The notes under the pieces: generated by a model | Database searches by the model: none | What the model saw: the letters and a program-made list of their open reading frames with translations, nothing else | What the model was told of the DNA's origin: nothing | DNA from: Dysgonamonadaceae bacterium | Lineage (GTDB): Bacteria > Bacteroidota > Bacteroidia > Bacteroidales > Azobacteroidaceae | NCBI GenBank assembly: GCA_031257875.1 | Contig: JAIRNV010000214.1 | Location: 3,746 to 67,745, forward strand | Direction: 5' to 3' | DNA length: 64,000 nt | Translations under genes and position numbers: made by a program | Shown here: piece by piece, positions 29,807-39,385 of the stretch | Layout of the letters: every line of letters starts with the position of its first letter | Position numbering within the stretch: the first letter of the stretch is position 1

Positions 29807-30086
29807 TTAAAAGCCTCGACTTGGAAGCAAAAAACTCCGAAGTCGGGGCTTTTTTCTTCAAATTCGGAGCAAAAAGCCTCGAACTCGGAGCAAAAAGCCT
29901 CGAAGTCGAAGCAAAAAGCCTCGAACTCGGAGCAAAAAGCCCCGAAGTCGGAGCAAAAAGCCCCGAAGTCGGAGCAAAAAGCCTCGAAGTCGAAGCAAAA
30001 AGCCTCGAAGTCGGAGCAAAAAGAGACAAAGTTGTCAGTAAAAGAGACAAAGTTGTCACAAAAAGTACCGAAGCCGGAGTAAAAAG
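29807..30086. repeat. 21-bp tandem array (about 13 units): A-tract plus small variable dyad
   Basis: CAAAAAG at 29870, 29891, 29912, 29933, 29954, 29975, 29996, 30017, with degenerate units on both sides. Confidence 0.93.
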
Positions 30087-30224
30087 TTTTGTTGTGGAAA
30101 AATAAAGGTTGAAATGAGTGAAATATATGGATTGTCACAACAGCGAAAAAAAAAATTCCGTTCCCTTATTTCACACATTACGCTATGAAGAGATTCAACC
30201 CGGAAGGCGCCGTCATCAAAACTA

Positions 30225-30262
30225 CGCGGGAATGACAGGGCGCGACAATTTGAATTACACCC
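30225..30262. repeat. Right half of the TIR/dRS3-like element
   Basis: GCGGGAATGACAGGGCGCGACAATTTGAATTACACC. Confidence 0.75.
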
Positions 30263-30327
30263 CTCATAACTTGTGGATACTGTAGAAATTTAGTACATTT
30301 GCGCCTGTTTTCAAAGGCAAGTACGGC

Positions 30328-30681
30328 ATGTATAAAATCAGCAAACAGTTTACCTTTTCGGCGTCTCATATTCTTGATCTTTTGGCAAAAGATCATCCCT
30401 GCGCCCGTATGCACGGGCATAATTATGTGATAACAATTCATTTGAAAACGAAAGACTTGGACAGATACGGTTTTGTAAAAGATTACAACACGCTGAAAAT
30501 TGTCGAAAAATATATAGCGGAAACTTTTGACCACCGTCACTTGAATGATGTGATGCCCTATCATCCTACTTCGGAAAATATTGCCAGATTCATCTATAGC
30601 CGGTTTAAACCGGAAATCCCCGAACTGTATGCGGTTGAAGTGAGTGAAACGCCTAAAACTTCCTGTATTTATGAGCCTTAA
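30328..30681 (+). CDS. queD: 6-carboxy-5,6,7,8-tetrahydropterin synthase
   Basis: FSASH, CARMHGHNY, FDHRHLN, PTSEN, VSETP; -7 motif TACATTTG at 30294. Confidence 0.93.
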   Translation: MYKISKQFTFSASHILDLLAKDHPCARMHGHNYVITIHLKTKDLDRYGFVKDYNTLKIVEKYIAETFDHRHLNDVMPYHPTSENIARFIYSRFKPEIPELYAVEVSETPKTSCIYEP

Positions 30682-31255
30682 AGTCAAGGAAATATTTTAT
30701 TCTTTGCAGGGCGAAGGCGGCCGGCAGGGCGAAGCCTCCATTTTTATCCGTTTGAGCGGCTGTAATTTGAAATGTGATTTTTGCGATACGGATTTTTCAG
30801 GAGGAGAAATGTTGGAACTTACCCGTATTCTTTCCGTTATCCGAAAATTTCCCTGTCAGTGGATTATCTGGACCGGCGGCGAACCGGCTTTACAGTTAAC
30901 CGGCGAAACGGTTGCTTTTTTCAAACGCGAAGGTTATTTCCAGGCCATTGAGAGTAACGGGCATTATCCGTTGCCGGACATGCTGGATTATACGGCCGTC
31001 AGCCCGAAAGGGAATCCGGATTATGTGCGGAAAATAAATCCGGTCGTTGATGAAATCCGTTTGCCGGTAAGGAAAGGCGATGCAATCCCCGGTTTCGAGC
31101 GCCTGCCGGAAGCAAAATATTATTTCCTGAGTCCGGTTTTTACAGACGATATGCTTGCGACAAAAGAAAATATTAACTATTGTGTGGAACAAATCAAACG
31201 GTTGACCGGTTGGCGGTTGAGTTTGCAAATCCATAAATTAATTGCTATCGAATAA
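30671..31255 (+). CDS. queE: 7-carboxy-7-deazaguanine synthase (radical SAM)
   Basis: EIFYSLQGEG, CNLKCDFCDT, TGGEP, LSLQIHK; ATG at 30671. Confidence 0.93.
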   Translation: MSLKVKEIFYSLQGEGGRQGEASIFIRLSGCNLKCDFCDTDFSGGEMLELTRILSVIRKFPCQWIIWTGGEPALQLTGETVAFFKREGYFQAIESNGHYPLPDMLDYTAVSPKGNPDYVRKINPVVDEIRLPVRKGDAIPGFERLPEAKYYFLSPVFTDDMLATKENINYCVEQIKRLTGWRLSLQIHKLIAIE

Positions 31256-31257
31256 AA

Positions 31258-32172
31258 TTGGAACGTTTTGAAGTAAATATTTTAGGTTGCGGTTCGGCGC
31301 TCCCGACTACCAGACATTTCCTGAGTTCGCAGGTTATTCATTTGCGTAACAGTCTCTATATGATTGATTGCGGGGAAGGCGCACAACTCCAGTTCCGCGC
31401 GATGAAACTGAATTTTCAAAAACTCAACTGCATCTTCATTTCCCATCTGCACGGCGACCACTGTTTCGGATTGCCCGGGCTGGTTTCTACTTTGGGGCTT
31501 CTGGGAAGGACGTCCGATCTTCACATCTACGCCCATGCCGACGCCGAGAAACTGTTTGCGCCTCTGCTCCGGTATTTTTGCAAAGAGCTTCCTTACAGAA
31601 TCTGTTTTCATGCTTTTAATCCCGAAAAAAACGAATTAATTTTTGAAGACAAAAATTTAAAAGTTACGACTGTCCCGTTGAAACACAGGGTGCCTGCCGC
31701 CGGATTTTTATTTGAAGAAAAACCCCGTAGTCCGCACATTATCCGCGAAATGATTGATTTCTACCGTGTTCCGGTAAGCCTGATACGGGCGATAAAAGAA
31801 GGCGCTCCTTTTGTTACCGATGCAGGGGAAACGATTCCCAATACCCGTTTTACCCGTCCGTCCGAACCGCCCGGAAAATACGCATACTGTTCGGATACGG
31901 CTTATTATGAACAAATTATTCCTGTCATTACGGACGTAAACGTCCTGTACCACGAAGCAACTTTCTGCAACGCCGATTCGGCGCGCGCCAAAGAAACCTT
32001 TCATTCTACGGCCGCCCAGGCTGCGTCTGTTGCCCGGGCTGCAAACGCGGGGCGCCTGCTTATCGGTCACTTCTCTGCCCGTTATCCCGACGAGCAAATA
32101 CTTCTCCGGGAAGCCCTGGAAATTTTCCCTCACACTCAGCTGGCTTACGAAAAAATGATCCTGAAAGTGTAA
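31258..32172 (+). CDS. rnz: Ribonuclease Z
   Basis: LGCGSALP, DCGEG, SHLHGDH, HEATF, GHFSARY. Confidence 0.95.
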   Translation: MERFEVNILGCGSALPTTRHFLSSQVIHLRNSLYMIDCGEGAQLQFRAMKLNFQKLNCIFISHLHGDHCFGLPGLVSTLGLLGRTSDLHIYAHADAEKLFAPLLRYFCKELPYRICFHAFNPEKNELIFEDKNLKVTTVPLKHRVPAAGFLFEEKPRSPHIIREMIDFYRVPVSLIRAIKEGAPFVTDAGETIPNTRFTRPSEPPGKYAYCSDTAYYEQIIPVITDVNVLYHEATFCNADSARAKETFHSTAAQAASVARAANAGRLLIGHFSARYPDEQILLREALEIFPHTQLAYEKMILKV

Positions 32173-32203
32173 CTTTTCCCCCGCTCGACCGTCATTTAAG
32201 TAT

Positions 32204-32701
32204 ATGGTAAGGCAGGATAAATTCAGGAAAAATATATTGCCGGTTATTGATAAATTGTTTCGATTAGCGCTCAGTATCACAAAAAATAAGGAGGACGCGG
32301 AAGATGTTGTACAGGATGTTCTCTTTAACGTGTGGAAAAAGAAGGCCGAATGGGAAAATATCGAAAATATGGAGGCTTACTGTTTCCGGTCGACGCGAAA
32401 TATGGCGCTGGATAAACTTGCTTTGACGGACAATAATCCGGAAACAATTCCTGAAAATTACGATTGTCCTGCACCCGGCGAGGATATTCACCGGAAAATT
32501 GAAGTCGGCGAGCAGCTGAATTTACTGGAAAACTGGGTGAAAAACCTGCCCGAAAAGCAACAGACCATTTTCCGGTTGCGGGAAGTTGAAGAATTGAGTT
32601 ATAAAGAAATAGCGATTATCCTGCATATTTCGGAAGAACAGGTAAAAGTTAATTTATTCCGTCTCAGGCGGAAATTAAAAGAATATTTTGACAGCATTTA
32701 A
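32204..32701 (+). CDS. ECF RNA polymerase sigma-70 factor
   Basis: DAEDVVQD, LPEKQQTIFRLRE.EELSYKEIA, VKVNLFR. Confidence 0.93.
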   Translation: MVRQDKFRKNILPVIDKLFRLALSITKNKEDAEDVVQDVLFNVWKKKAEWENIENMEAYCFRSTRNMALDKLALTDNNPETIPENYDCPAPGEDIHRKIEVGEQLNLLENWVKNLPEKQQTIFRLREVEELSYKEIAIILHISEEQVKVNLFRLRRKLKEYFDSI

Positions 32702-32702
32702 G

Positions 32703-33170
32703 ATGATACGGACAACGATTCGACAGTTATTGGATAAATATTGGAATTGCGAAACTTCCCCGGAAGAAGAACAGTTTTTAACATCTTATTTTTCCGGCGA
32801 TTCCGTTCCCGAAGAATGGAAGAAATACCAAGTTTTGTTTGCGTGGAAAAAAGCGCAGGCATCGGTAAAAGCCACCCCCGGACTTAAAGCGGAATCAAGA
32901 CGGCAGCCAGTTGTCGCCCGGATTTATTCCGCCGTTAAAATCGCCGCTTCGGTTTTGTTGATAATGACCGTCGGAACCGGTTTTTACACGCATTACCGGC
33001 AAGTACGGTGGATGGACAGGGTTTTTTCGGAAACGTATTCCGATCCGGCAGACGCCCTGCGCGATACCCGGAACGCCATTGCAAAAGTTTCTTCCGTACT
33101 GAACCTGATGCAGGCACAGAAGCCTGCCATTGAGGAAACAGATTCTTTATTAAATGATTCGACAGAATGA
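32703..33170 (+). CDS. Probable membrane anti-sigma factor
   Basis: LLDKYWNCETSPEEE N-domain, one TM helix, ETYSDP motif; directly after the ECF sigma. Confidence 0.75.
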   Translation: MIRTTIRQLLDKYWNCETSPEEEQFLTSYFSGDSVPEEWKKYQVLFAWKKAQASVKATPGLKAESRRQPVVARIYSAVKIAASVLLIMTVGTGFYTHYRQVRWMDRVFSETYSDPADALRDTRNAIAKVSSVLNLMQAQKPAIEETDSLLNDSTE

Positions 33171-33679
33171 AAAATTTGCGAAAATACGGTTTGTTGCTGT
33201 TTTTTATACAGTGGGGTTTTGCCCTGAATGCACAGGAACTGGTTTCTGCTTTTTTGGAAGAATACGGGAAAGACAACCGGCTGGAAGTCGTTACGATAGG
33301 CAAGAAAATGCTCGACAGGATGAGCGGTTTGTCATCCGGGCAGGAGGAAGATTTGGAGGAGTTGCAGGCAGCCATAAAAGGTTTGGAAAACCTGTGTATC
33401 GTTACGTCAAAAGATACGGTTTTGAACGGGGAATATTACGCTTCGTGCCGGCAAATGTTGGAAGATACGGGATTTAACATTATTTTTTCGGGCAATGAAG
33501 ATGCGGACGAACTGTTTGTGGTGGGGACAAAAGAATCGAAAGGCGCCGTAAAGGAACTGGCGCTGTTATTTTTAGACAAAAACGGACGGTTTAATCTGAT
33601 ACAGATGACAGGCATTATTGATATGGATACTTTGGTCAAATATTCCGAAAGATTGAAAGAATTGGATATTCATCAATAA
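33167..33679 (+). CDS. DUF4252-like exported protein
   Basis: Signal peptide, V.IGKKML, LIQMTG.ID; ECF sigma/anti-sigma/DUF4252 synteny. Confidence 0.75.
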   Translation: MKNLRKYGLLLFFIQWGFALNAQELVSAFLEEYGKDNRLEVVTIGKKMLDRMSGLSSGQEEDLEELQAAIKGLENLCIVTSKDTVLNGEYYASCRQMLEDTGFNIIFSGNEDADELFVVGTKESKGAVKELALLFLDKNGRFNLIQMTGIIDMDTLVKYSERLKELDIHQ

Positions 33680-33711
33680 TAAAACTAACTTTTTTTTGAA
33701 TTTAAACGATG

Positions 33712-33747
33712 AAAAGGCGGTGGGGCGCGAGTCCTGCCGCTTTTTTT
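33712..33747 (+). terminator. Intrinsic terminator
   Basis: GCGGTGGGGC-GCGA-GTCCTGCCGC followed by T7. Confidence 0.7.
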
Positions 33748-34051
33748 AATGAAATTCGGCGCCTTGCCCTGTCATTCCCGCCTGCGCCGAAAAAAAGTTC
33801 TTTTACATACAACCGCTAAGGAATAATGATAATATCTCCCTAACCTTACGGGAAAGCGTCCAACACAGCCTAAAAGTTCTTTCAAATAACATCAGCCTAA
33901 AAAATAATGTCTACCTTTGTGGCGATAAACAGTGAAAAGGATTTTCCGAAGCCGGAGCGTAAACAACCCGTACATTCTGCCTCGCAAAGCATGGAAAAAC
34001 GGTATGTTCGCGTAAAAAATGCATTTGAAGTGATATAATTACAAAGCAAAA

Positions 34052-34813
34052 ATGAATGATGAATTAAAAGAGACCGCCAAATTCATAGCGGACTATGCAG
34101 CCTGTTTAACAGGCTCCGGCGTACACACTTCGCGCATTCTCCGCAACTCAAAGCGAATAGGAGAATCTCTGGGCGTGACAATACACATGACCGTACTGCA
34201 CAAAAGCCTTATCCTCACCGCATATAACGGACAAAACGACAGTTTCTACACGGAAGTGGTGGATATTCCCGAACTCCCGGTAAACTTTGAATACAATTCC
34301 GAATTGAGTTCCCTGAGCTGGAAGGCTTATGACAAACGCTTACCGTTAGACGTGCTGTGGAAAGAATACAGGCAAATCAAAGCAAAACCGGCCATGTCGC
34401 CGTATCTGGTTTTATTGCTGTCCGGGCTTGCCAATGCTTCCTTTTGCAAGTTATTCGGAGGCGACCGGATCGCCATTGGAATTGTTTTCCTGGCCACGCT
34501 TGCCGGGTTCTTCACCAGGCAGCAGATGCAGCGCAGGCACATCAATCACTTTATTGTATTCACCGTTTCGGCGTTTGTCGCCTCCGTATGCGCCTCCACC
34601 ACGCTGCTGTTCAACACTGCGTCCGAAATCGCGGTTGCCACAAGCGTACTGTTCCTTATACCCGGCGTTCCCCTCATCAACGGCGTGATAGACATCGTGG
34701 AAGGGCATACCCTGACAGGCAGTTCCCGGCTGATGCACGCTTTCCTGCTGATTGTCTGCATCGCGGCAGGCCTGTCTTTATCATTGTTATTATTTAAAAG
34801 CAGACTGCTATGA
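34052..34813 (+). CDS. Threonine/serine exporter family protein (ThrE N-type)
   Basis: SGVHTSRI, LFGGD, SVLFLIPGVPLIN; -7 motif TACCTTTG at 33912. Confidence 0.88.
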   Translation: MNDELKETAKFIADYAACLTGSGVHTSRILRNSKRIGESLGVTIHMTVLHKSLILTAYNGQNDSFYTEVVDIPELPVNFEYNSELSSLSWKAYDKRLPLDVLWKEYRQIKAKPAMSPYLVLLLSGLANASFCKLFGGDRIAIGIVFLATLAGFFTRQQMQRRHINHFIVFTVSAFVASVCASTTLLFNTASEIAVATSVLFLIPGVPLINGVIDIVEGHTLTGSSRLMHAFLLIVCIAAGLSLSLLLFKSRLL

Positions 34814-35295
34814 TTTTTACGGATATATTGATGGACGGTTTGCCGGCAGCCATAGCCGGCGTAGGTTTTGGGGCTATTTCGCACCCTCCCAAACGGGCAT
34901 TTTCCTACATTGCCGTCTTGGCGGCTGTCGGTCATGCCATCCGCTTTGCGTTGATGAACTATCTTTCTCTGGACATCGCCTTCGCCTCGTTTTGTGCCGC
35001 GTTGAGTATCGGCGTATTGTCCCTGTGGTTCGGAAGACTGTCATACTGCCCGATGACTGTTTTGTATATCCCCGCCCTGCTGCCCATGATACCGGGCATG
35101 TATGCCTACCGGGCGGTTTTTGCACTGATGATGTTTATGCACAGTTTACACACGCCCGAAGTGGCGGATACCTGCATGCGGATGTTTTTTTCAAATGCCA
35201 TTGTCGCCGCCGGCACGATATTCCTGCTGGCTGTGGGCGCTACCATTCCCACCTTTCTATTTCCCAAACGGGCTTACTCCATCACAAGGAAGTGA
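34810..35295 (+). CDS. Threonine/serine exporter family protein (ThrE_2 type)
   Basis: GFGAISHPP, IPALLPMIPGMYAY; ATGA overlap with the upstream gene. Confidence 0.88.
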   Translation: MIFTDILMDGLPAAIAGVGFGAISHPPKRAFSYIAVLAAVGHAIRFALMNYLSLDIAFASFCAALSIGVLSLWFGRLSYCPMTVLYIPALLPMIPGMYAYRAVFALMMFMHSLHTPEVADTCMRMFFSNAIVAAGTIFLLAVGATIPTFLFPKRAYSITRK

Positions 35296-35485
35296 GTGAA
35301 TATACGCCGTTTTTTTTAATAAACCATTCAAAGACAGATTGCATTATAAGATTATTTTCACTGTCAAATACGGTAATTTTGTCACATCCATCATTTTGTT
35401 TTTCCTGCTTTAGTTGCATTTACTGTTTGAACTTACCGTTTATAGCTTCTATAAATTCTGTAACCTTTACTTGTTTTTCGAAGCA

Positions 35486-35532
35486 TTCCCGCCTGTATGG
35501 GAATGACAGGGCGCGACAATCCAAAATGCCCC
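35486..35532. repeat. dRS3-like dyad plus right TIR half
   Basis: CATTCCCGCCTGTATGGGAATGACAGGGCGCGACAATCCAAAATGCCCC. Confidence 0.75.
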
Positions 35533-35606
35533 GGCATAACGGCATAACATATTATTTTGATATGTCAAAACCAAAAAGTAATTTTGCACCCGTAATTTAT
35601 TGAGTT

Positions 35607-37199
35607 ATGGTACACAAATTCGATTTTCTCGTCATCGGCTCCGGCATTGCCGGAATGAGTTATGCGCTGAAAGTAGCCGATAAAGGGCGTGTGGCACTCC
35701 TTGCCAAGACGACCTTGGAAGAAGCCAATACTTTTTATGCACAGGGCGGAATTGCATCGGTAACTCTTCCCTGGGACGATTTTGAGAAGCATGTTCAGGA
35801 TACGTTGATTGCCGGAGATGGAATATGCGACAGGCAGGTTGTGGAAAAAGTAGTCAGGGAAGCGCCCAGACAAATCAGGGAACTGATTCGCTGGGGCGTA
35901 GATTTCGACAAGGATACGGAAGGCGCATTTGATTTACACAAGGAAGGCGGCCATTCCGAATTTCGCATCCTGCATCACAAAGACAATACAGGTCAGGAAA
36001 TTCAAGAAAGCCTGATTAATGCCGTGAAACATCATCCGAACATTACCGTTTTTCACCATCACTTTGCCATTGAGATTCTTACCCAACATCATCTGGGAAT
36101 AAAAGTAACCAAAGACACACCCGGCATCGAATGTTACGGCGCTTACGCACTGGCCGAAAAAACGAATGAAATTCATACTTTCCTGTCCAAAGTGACCATG
36201 ATTTGTACCGGTGGAATCGGGAATATTTACCAGACAACAACCAATCCGATTGTTGCCACCGGCGACGGAATCGCGATGGTTTACCGCGCCAAGGGCCTGG
36301 TCAAAGATATGGAATTTGTGCAGTTTCACCCCACCGCTCTGTACAATCCGATAGAACGGCCTTCCTTCCTGATTACGGAAGCCATGCGGGGTTACGGCGG
36401 TATTCTGAAAACACGCAGCGGTAAAGAATTTATGCAGAAATACGACGCGCGCGGCTCACTGGCGCCGCGCGATATTGTGGCGCGCGCCATCGACAACGAA
36501 ATGAAAAACAGCGGAAGCGATTTTGTATATTTGGATGTAACGCAAAAAAATGCCGAAGAAACTAAAAGTCAATATCCGACTATTTACGAAAAATGTCTGG
36601 GCGAAGGCATTGACATCACGAAAGATTACATTCCCGTGGCGCCGGCTGCACACTATCTTTGCGGGGGAATCGCGGTGGATATGGACGCCCGGACTACGAT
36701 TGACCGCCTGTATGCCGCCGGCGAATGTTCCCGTACAGGGCTGCACGGAGCCAACCGTTTGGCTTCCAACTCCCTGATTGAAGCGATTGTGTATGCCGAC
36801 GCGGCTGCCCGACATTCACTTGCCCGCCTGCACGAATATTCGTTCAACGACCATATTCCCGCCTGGAACGACAAAGGAACTTCCCTGACCGAAGAAATGG
36901 TATTAATCACCCAAAGCGCTAAAGAAGTCGGTTCGATTATGAGCAACTATGTCGGGATTGTCCGTTCCAACCTGCGTTTGGAACGCGCTTTCGAGCGTCT
37001 GGAAATTATTTATCGTGAAACGGAAAATCTCTTTATCCGTTCTACGGTTTCAAAAGATATTTGCGAATTGCGTAATATTGTGAATGTCGGTTATCTGGTC
37101 ATCAGGCAGGCGATGGAGAGGAAAGAAAGCAGGGGATTGCATTATACGATTGATTATCCCCGGAAGAATTTTGCCGACACGGAGTTGCGCACGGGGTAA
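35607..37199 (+). CDS. nadB: L-aspartate oxidase
   Basis: GSGIAG, AQGGIA, EGGHS..RILH, QFHPT, LAPRDIVARAI, HGANRLASNSL, ESRGLHY. Confidence 0.97.
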   Translation: MVHKFDFLVIGSGIAGMSYALKVADKGRVALLAKTTLEEANTFYAQGGIASVTLPWDDFEKHVQDTLIAGDGICDRQVVEKVVREAPRQIRELIRWGVDFDKDTEGAFDLHKEGGHSEFRILHHKDNTGQEIQESLINAVKHHPNITVFHHHFAIEILTQHHLGIKVTKDTPGIECYGAYALAEKTNEIHTFLSKVTMICTGGIGNIYQTTTNPIVATGDGIAMVYRAKGLVKDMEFVQFHPTALYNPIERPSFLITEAMRGYGGILKTRSGKEFMQKYDARGSLAPRDIVARAIDNEMKNSGSDFVYLDVTQKNAEETKSQYPTIYEKCLGEGIDITKDYIPVAPAAHYLCGGIAVDMDARTTIDRLYAAGECSRTGLHGANRLASNSLIEAIVYADAAARHSLARLHEYSFNDHIPAWNDKGTSLTEEMVLITQSAKEVGSIMSNYVGIVRSNLRLERAFERLEIIYRETENLFIRSTVSKDICELRNIVNVGYLVIRQAMERKESRGLHYTIDYPRKNFADTELRTG

Positions 37200-37250
37200 A
37201 ATTCACGGAGTAACACGGAGTTTCAATACTCCTCCGTGTTACTCCGTGTC
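37178..37250. repeat. CACGGAG/CTCCGTG palindromic element overlapping the nadB 3' end
   Basis: Four CACGG(A/G)G then two CTCCGTG; CACGGAGTAACACGGAG pairs with CTCCGTGTTACTCCGTG. Confidence 0.85.
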
Positions 37251-37259
37251 AAAAAGAAA

Positions 37260-37841
37260 TCAATAATTAGTCTTCCGCAACTCAAAATAAGCTTTCGGAT
37301 GCAAACAGGCAGGACAGGTTTCGGGAGCGTTCGCACCGGTGTGTACATAACCGCAATTCCGGCACTGCCATTCGACTTCTTCTTCTTTTTTGAACACGGA
37401 ACCGTCCGAAAGAGCAGCCAATAATTTCCGGTACCGGATTTCGTGCTGTTCCTCTACCCTTCCAATCATTTTGAAAGCGGCGGCCACCTGCGGAAAGCCT
37501 TCTTCGCGGGCTACCTTTTCAAATTCGGGATATACGGCGTCCCATTCTTCATTTTCGCCGGCTGCCGACGCTGCAAGATTTTCCGCCGTCGTACCGATAA
37601 TTCCCGCCGGATAACTTGCCGTAATCTCTACCATTCCGCCTTCCAAAAATTTGAAGAAGCGTTTTGCATGTTCTTTTTCCTGTTCCGCCGTTTCGAGGAA
37701 TATCGCTGCAATCTGTTCATAACCCTCTTTTTTTGCCGCACTCGCAAAAAAAGTGTAGCGCGTTCTCGCCTGACTTTCGCCGGCAAATGCTTTCAACAAA
37801 TTTTGTTCGGTTTTTGTTCCTTTAATACTTTTCTCTGACAT
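37260..37841 (-). CDS. rbr: Rubrerythrin
   Basis: NLLKAFAGESQAR, EKEHA, GENEE, EEQHE, CRNCGY...CPACLH; start at MSEKSIKG (37841) downstream of a TACATTTG motif at 37895-37888. Confidence 0.96.
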   Translation of the reverse strand: MSEKSIKGTKTEQNLLKAFAGESQARTRYTFFASAAKKEGYEQIAAIFLETAEQEKEHAKRFFKFLEGGMVEITASYPAGIIGTTAENLAASAAGENEEWDAVYPEFEKVAREEGFPQVAAAFKMIGRVEEQHEIRYRKLLAALSDGSVFKKEEEVEWQCRNCGYVHTGANAPETCPACLHPKAYFELRKTNY

Positions 37842-38016
37842 GATTTTAAAATTTAGAATTTGTTTGAAATAAATTATTTGAATGCTGCAAATGTAGGTAT
37901 TTTTCAACAGAATTTCATGCTACCAACCAAATTATTTTCAAATTGTCGCATTTTGTCATTCCCGCGCAGGCGGGAAACAACGTTCGGCGGAACCGGGGCG
38001 GATGGGGTGATTGTCC

Positions 38017-38114
38017 GGTGGCAAACGAAATGATCTTCAGGTGGCAAGCGAGACGATCTTCAGGTGGCAAGCGAGATGATCTTCAGGTGGCAAACGAGAC
38101 GATCTTCAGGTGGC
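38017..38114 (+). repeat. 23-bp tandem array, 4 units plus a partial, GGTGGCAA(A/G)CGA(A/G)A(T/C)GATCTTCA
   Basis: Units at 38017, 38040, 38063, 38086, 38109. Confidence 0.92.
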
Positions 38115-38189
38115 TCAAATACAAATACCTCAAAAAAAGAATTAACCGAAATTTTTGTCCTTTTCATTACAGAATACTACTTTTGTAGC

Positions 38190-38783
38190 ATGAAACAGCT
38201 TTATATATCCTTATCTTTTTTTATTGTTTGCGCTGTCGGCACAAAAACATCTGCCCAAAATACTTTCAAATCAAGTATCCCGGCTTATGCCGCAGCGGGA
38301 GAAGATTCTATAAAAACGATGATTATGAAGGATATATATGTTTATCCGCCTCAAGTATACAGGCGTTTTTCGGAAGATGCAAAATATCAAAAAACGGTGC
38401 GGGATGTAAAGAAAACTTTACCTTACGCCAAAATGATTTATGCAACGCTTATCGAAACATACGAATACATAATGACTATGCCGACCGAAGAAGAACGACA
38501 AAAACATTTGTCCCGCATGGAAAACGAATTATTTAACGATTATAAACCGGTACTCAAAAAAATGTCCCTGTCTCAGGGAAAACTGCTAATAAAATTGATA
38601 GATCGCGAGTGTAACCAGACTTCCTATGATTTGGTAAAAGCTTTTTTAGGCCCTTTCCGCGCGGGATTTTGGAATATTTTTGCCGGAATGTTCGGAGCCA
38701 GCCTTAAATCGAACTGGGACCCTGAAGGCAAAGACGCCGCTACGGAGCAGATTATAGAAATGATTGAAATGGGATTGCTATAG
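38190..38783 (+). CDS. DUF4294-like exported protein
   Basis: VRDVKKTLPYAK, SQGKLLIKLIDRE, FGASLK; start MKQLYIS after TACTTTTG (38178). Confidence 0.8.
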   Translation: MKQLYISLSFFIVCAVGTKTSAQNTFKSSIPAYAAAGEDSIKTMIMKDIYVYPPQVYRRFSEDAKYQKTVRDVKKTLPYAKMIYATLIETYEYIMTMPTEEERQKHLSRMENELFNDYKPVLKKMSLSQGKLLIKLIDRECNQTSYDLVKAFLGPFRAGFWNIFAGMFGASLKSNWDPEGKDAATEQIIEMIEMGLL

Positions 38784-38948
38784 GGGTGGCCTTGGGATTC
38801 CCGCCTGCGCGAAAATGACAGGGTGCGACAATTTGAATTGAAAATCGACGTAGTCAAATTCACCCGGAGATTAAAATATTTGAATGTATATCAAAATTTT
38901 GTACCTTTGCCCCGCAAACATCCGATTATTAATATTAATTTTATTGCT

Positions 38949-39371
38949 ATGTCAGGAAAAATTTTTTTTAAGTATGCGTTGATTATCCCTATTTTGATGG
39001 GGTTTTGGGCGACAGCAGGCGCAAATATTCTGTCTGAAGCCGAAGAGGGAAAAATTACAGTGGATAAAACCGTCCATGATTTCGGCACGGTAAAAGAGGA
39101 TAACGGTAAGGTGAATGCCGTTTTTACAATTAAAAATACGACAAAAAGCCCCATTGTATTAAGTGAAGTAAGGGCTTCTTGCGGTTGCACAACTCCCGAC
39201 TGGACGAAAGAACCGATAGCGCCCGAAAAAACCGGAAAAATTACGGCTACCTACAATCCGAAAGGAAACGTCGGCCCGTTTGAAAAATCGGTAACAATCA
39301 ATGTTTCTGTCGGAGATACAATCCAAACAATCGTTGTTAAGATTAAGGGAACTGTAACTGTTGCCGAATAA
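38949..39371 (+). CDS. DUF1573 domain protein
   Basis: HDFGTV, VRASCGCTTPDWTKEPIAP, GPFEKSVT. Confidence 0.88.
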   Translation: MSGKIFFKYALIIPILMGFWATAGANILSEAEEGKITVDKTVHDFGTVKEDNGKVNAVFTIKNTTKSPIVLSEVRASCGCTTPDWTKEPIAPEKTGKITATYNPKGNVGPFEKSVTINVSVGDTIQTIVVKIKGTVTVAE

Positions 39372-39385
39372 TGTTTTTCAGGACG

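Noticed and set aside
29669-30138. Four overlapping ORFs (SEQKA..., GAKSLE..., FEAFCS...)
   Set aside because: They are translations of a 21-bp stop-free repeat. Openness in many frames is expected and none has a convincing start context.
30262-30327. preQ1 riboswitch upstream of queD
   Set aside because: The leader after the promoter motif is under 30 nt and lacks the preQ1-I stem-loop and A-rich tail.
33791-33910. Imperfect direct repeat AAAAGTTCTTT...CTAA...AATAATG
   Set aside because: Two AT-rich, loosely similar copies; cannot be distinguished from chance or a decayed promoter duplication.
34752-35603. 283-aa ORF overlapping the second ThrE gene
   Set aside because: Alternative frame with atypical composition; the ThrE_2 frame explains the region.
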